48,413 nucleotides of DNA from an uncultured Caulobacteraceae bacterium (GTDB lineage Bacteria; Pseudomonadota; Alphaproteobacteria; Caulobacterales; Caulobacteraceae), in contig CAXTUT010000001.1 in the NCBI GenBank assembly GCA_964247465.1, positions 1 through 48,413 on the forward strand. Reading direction: 5' to 3'. Position numbers and translations under genes: made by a program. Under the pieces are notes generated by a model, which ran no database searches, was not told where the DNA came from, and saw only the letters and a program-made list of their open reading frames with translations. Shown here piece after piece: positions 47,139-48,413 of the stretch (position 1 is its first letter; each line of letters opens with the position of its first letter).

Positions 47139-48413
47139 ATGATTCCCAAGTCCCTTTACGAAAAGGTCTTCGACGGCCACGTTGTGGAGGCGGAGACGCC
47201 CGAGCGGCCGGCCGTGCTCTACATCGACCTGCACCTCATCCACGAGGTCACCAGCCCCCAGGCCTTCACCGAGCTGGAGGCGCGGGGGCTGAAGGTGCGC
47301 CGCCCTGACCGCACCGTGGCCACCATGGACCACTCCACGCCGACCCTGCCTCCGGATGCAGCCGGCGTTCGCCCCTACGCCACCGCGCAGGCCCGCGCCC
47401 AGGTGGATCAGCTGGAGCGCAATTGCGCCGCCCACGGGATCACCCTGCACGACTGGAACAGCCCCCACCGGGGTGTGGTGCACGTGATCGGGCCGGAGCT
47501 GGGCCTGACCCAGCCCGGCATGACGGTGGTCTGCGGCGACAGCCACACCGCCACCCACGGCGCGTTCGGAGCGCTGGCCTTCGGCATCGGCACCAGCGAG
47601 GTCGGCCATGTGCTGGCGACCCAGACCCTGCTGCAGCGCAGCGCCCGGCCCATGCGGGTCACCGTGGACGGCCGGCTGTCCAAGGGCGTCTCGGCCAAGG
47701 ACCTGGCCCTGGCCATCATCGCCGAGCTGGGCTTCGGCGGCGGCACGGGCGCTGTGCTGGAATATGCCGGCGACGCGGTGCGGGGCCTCGACATGGAAGG
47801 ACGGATGACGGTCTGCAACATGTCCATCGAGGCGGGCGCCCGCGCCGGCCTGATCGCGCCGGACGCCACCACGCTGGCGTGGCTCTACGGGCGCGAGGCG
47901 GCGCCCAAGGGCGAGGCCTTCGACCGGGCGGCGGAGCGCTGGCTATCCCTGGTGTCCGACACGGACGCTGTGTTCGACCGCGAGCTGCGGCTGAACGCCT
48001 TCACCCTGAGGCCCATGGCCACCTGGGGCACCACCCCGGACGCGGCGGTCGCCATCGAGGACGCGGTGCCCACCCCCACCACGACTTCGGCCAGGAAGGC
48101 GCTGGACTACATGCAAATCGAGGCCGGCAAGCCTTTGGCCGGCGCCGCTGTGGACGTCGTCTTCGTCGGCTCCTGCACCAACGGCCGGTTGGCGGACCTT
48201 CGCGCCGCCGCCGAGGTGCTGCGCGGTCGCCATGTGGCGGCGGGCGTGCGGATGCTGGTGGCGCCGGGCTCCGACGCCGTGCGGCGGGAGGCGGAGGCGG
48301 AAGGCCTGGACCAGGTGTTCCTGGCCGCGGGCGCGGAGTGGCGGCTGGCCGGCTGTTCCATGTGCATCGCCATGAACGGCGACCAGGTGGCGCCGGGGCA
48401 GCTCGCCGTCTCC
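47139..48413 (+). CDS. leuC: 3-isopropylmalate dehydratase large subunit, truncated by window end
   Basis: Absent from the ORF track because there is no stop; hand translation gives [54 protein letters not shown]. Confidence 0.96.
   Translation, partial: MIPKSLYEKVFDGHVVEAETPERPAVLYIDLHLIHEVTSPQAFTELEARGLKVRRPDRTVATMDHSTPTLPPDAAGVRPYATAQARAQVDQLERNCAAHGITLHDWNSPHRGVVHVIGPELGLTQPGMTVVCGDSHTATHGAFGALAFGIGTSEVGHVLATQTLLQRSARPMRVTVDGRLSKGVSAKDLALAIIAELGFGGGTGAVLEYAGDAVRGLDMEGRMTVCNMSIEAGARAGLIAPDATTLAWLYGREAAPKGEAFDRAAERWLSLVSDTDAVFDRELRLNAFTLRPMATWGTTPDAAVAIEDAVPTPTTTSARKALDYMQIEAGKPLAGAAVDVVFVGSCTNGRLADLRAAAEVLRGRHVAAGVRMLVAPGSDAVRREAEAEGLDQVFLAAGAEWRLAGCSMCIAMNGDQVAPGQLAVS

Overview
High-GC alphaproteobacterial chromosomal window, probably Caulobacteraceae-like (inferred from protein style and promoter motifs). 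In order: a PAPS-synthesis operon (cysD-cysNC-cysQ); housekeeping genes (class II DAHP synthase, gor, rpiA, glmU, gph, tRNA-Val-CAC); an accessory stretch (GST, aldo/keto reductase, GDSL autotransporter esterase, di-iron ferritin-like protein, small orphans, a large exported TPR-like protein); a 19.4-kb trehalose/alpha-glucan cluster (otsB-otsA-glgE-treS/mak-glgB-glgX-treZ-malQ-treY) with general-stress (EcfG/SigT-type) promoter motifs; clpB; a lower-GC DUF429 cassette; a dienelactone hydrolase; a palindromic repeat; and divergent leuA and ilvE-leuC genes, each preceded by an unannotated leader peptide and RNA structure. I see no integrase, transposase, CRISPR array or clear-cut novel system. 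The best leads are the twin leader-peptide control region, a degenerate duplicated catalytic domain in GlgE, the glgA/glgC-free trehalose-glucan cycle, the DUF429 cassette and a dif-like 28-bp site upstream of cysD. Many start codons were re-called by hand from RBS and overlap evidence.
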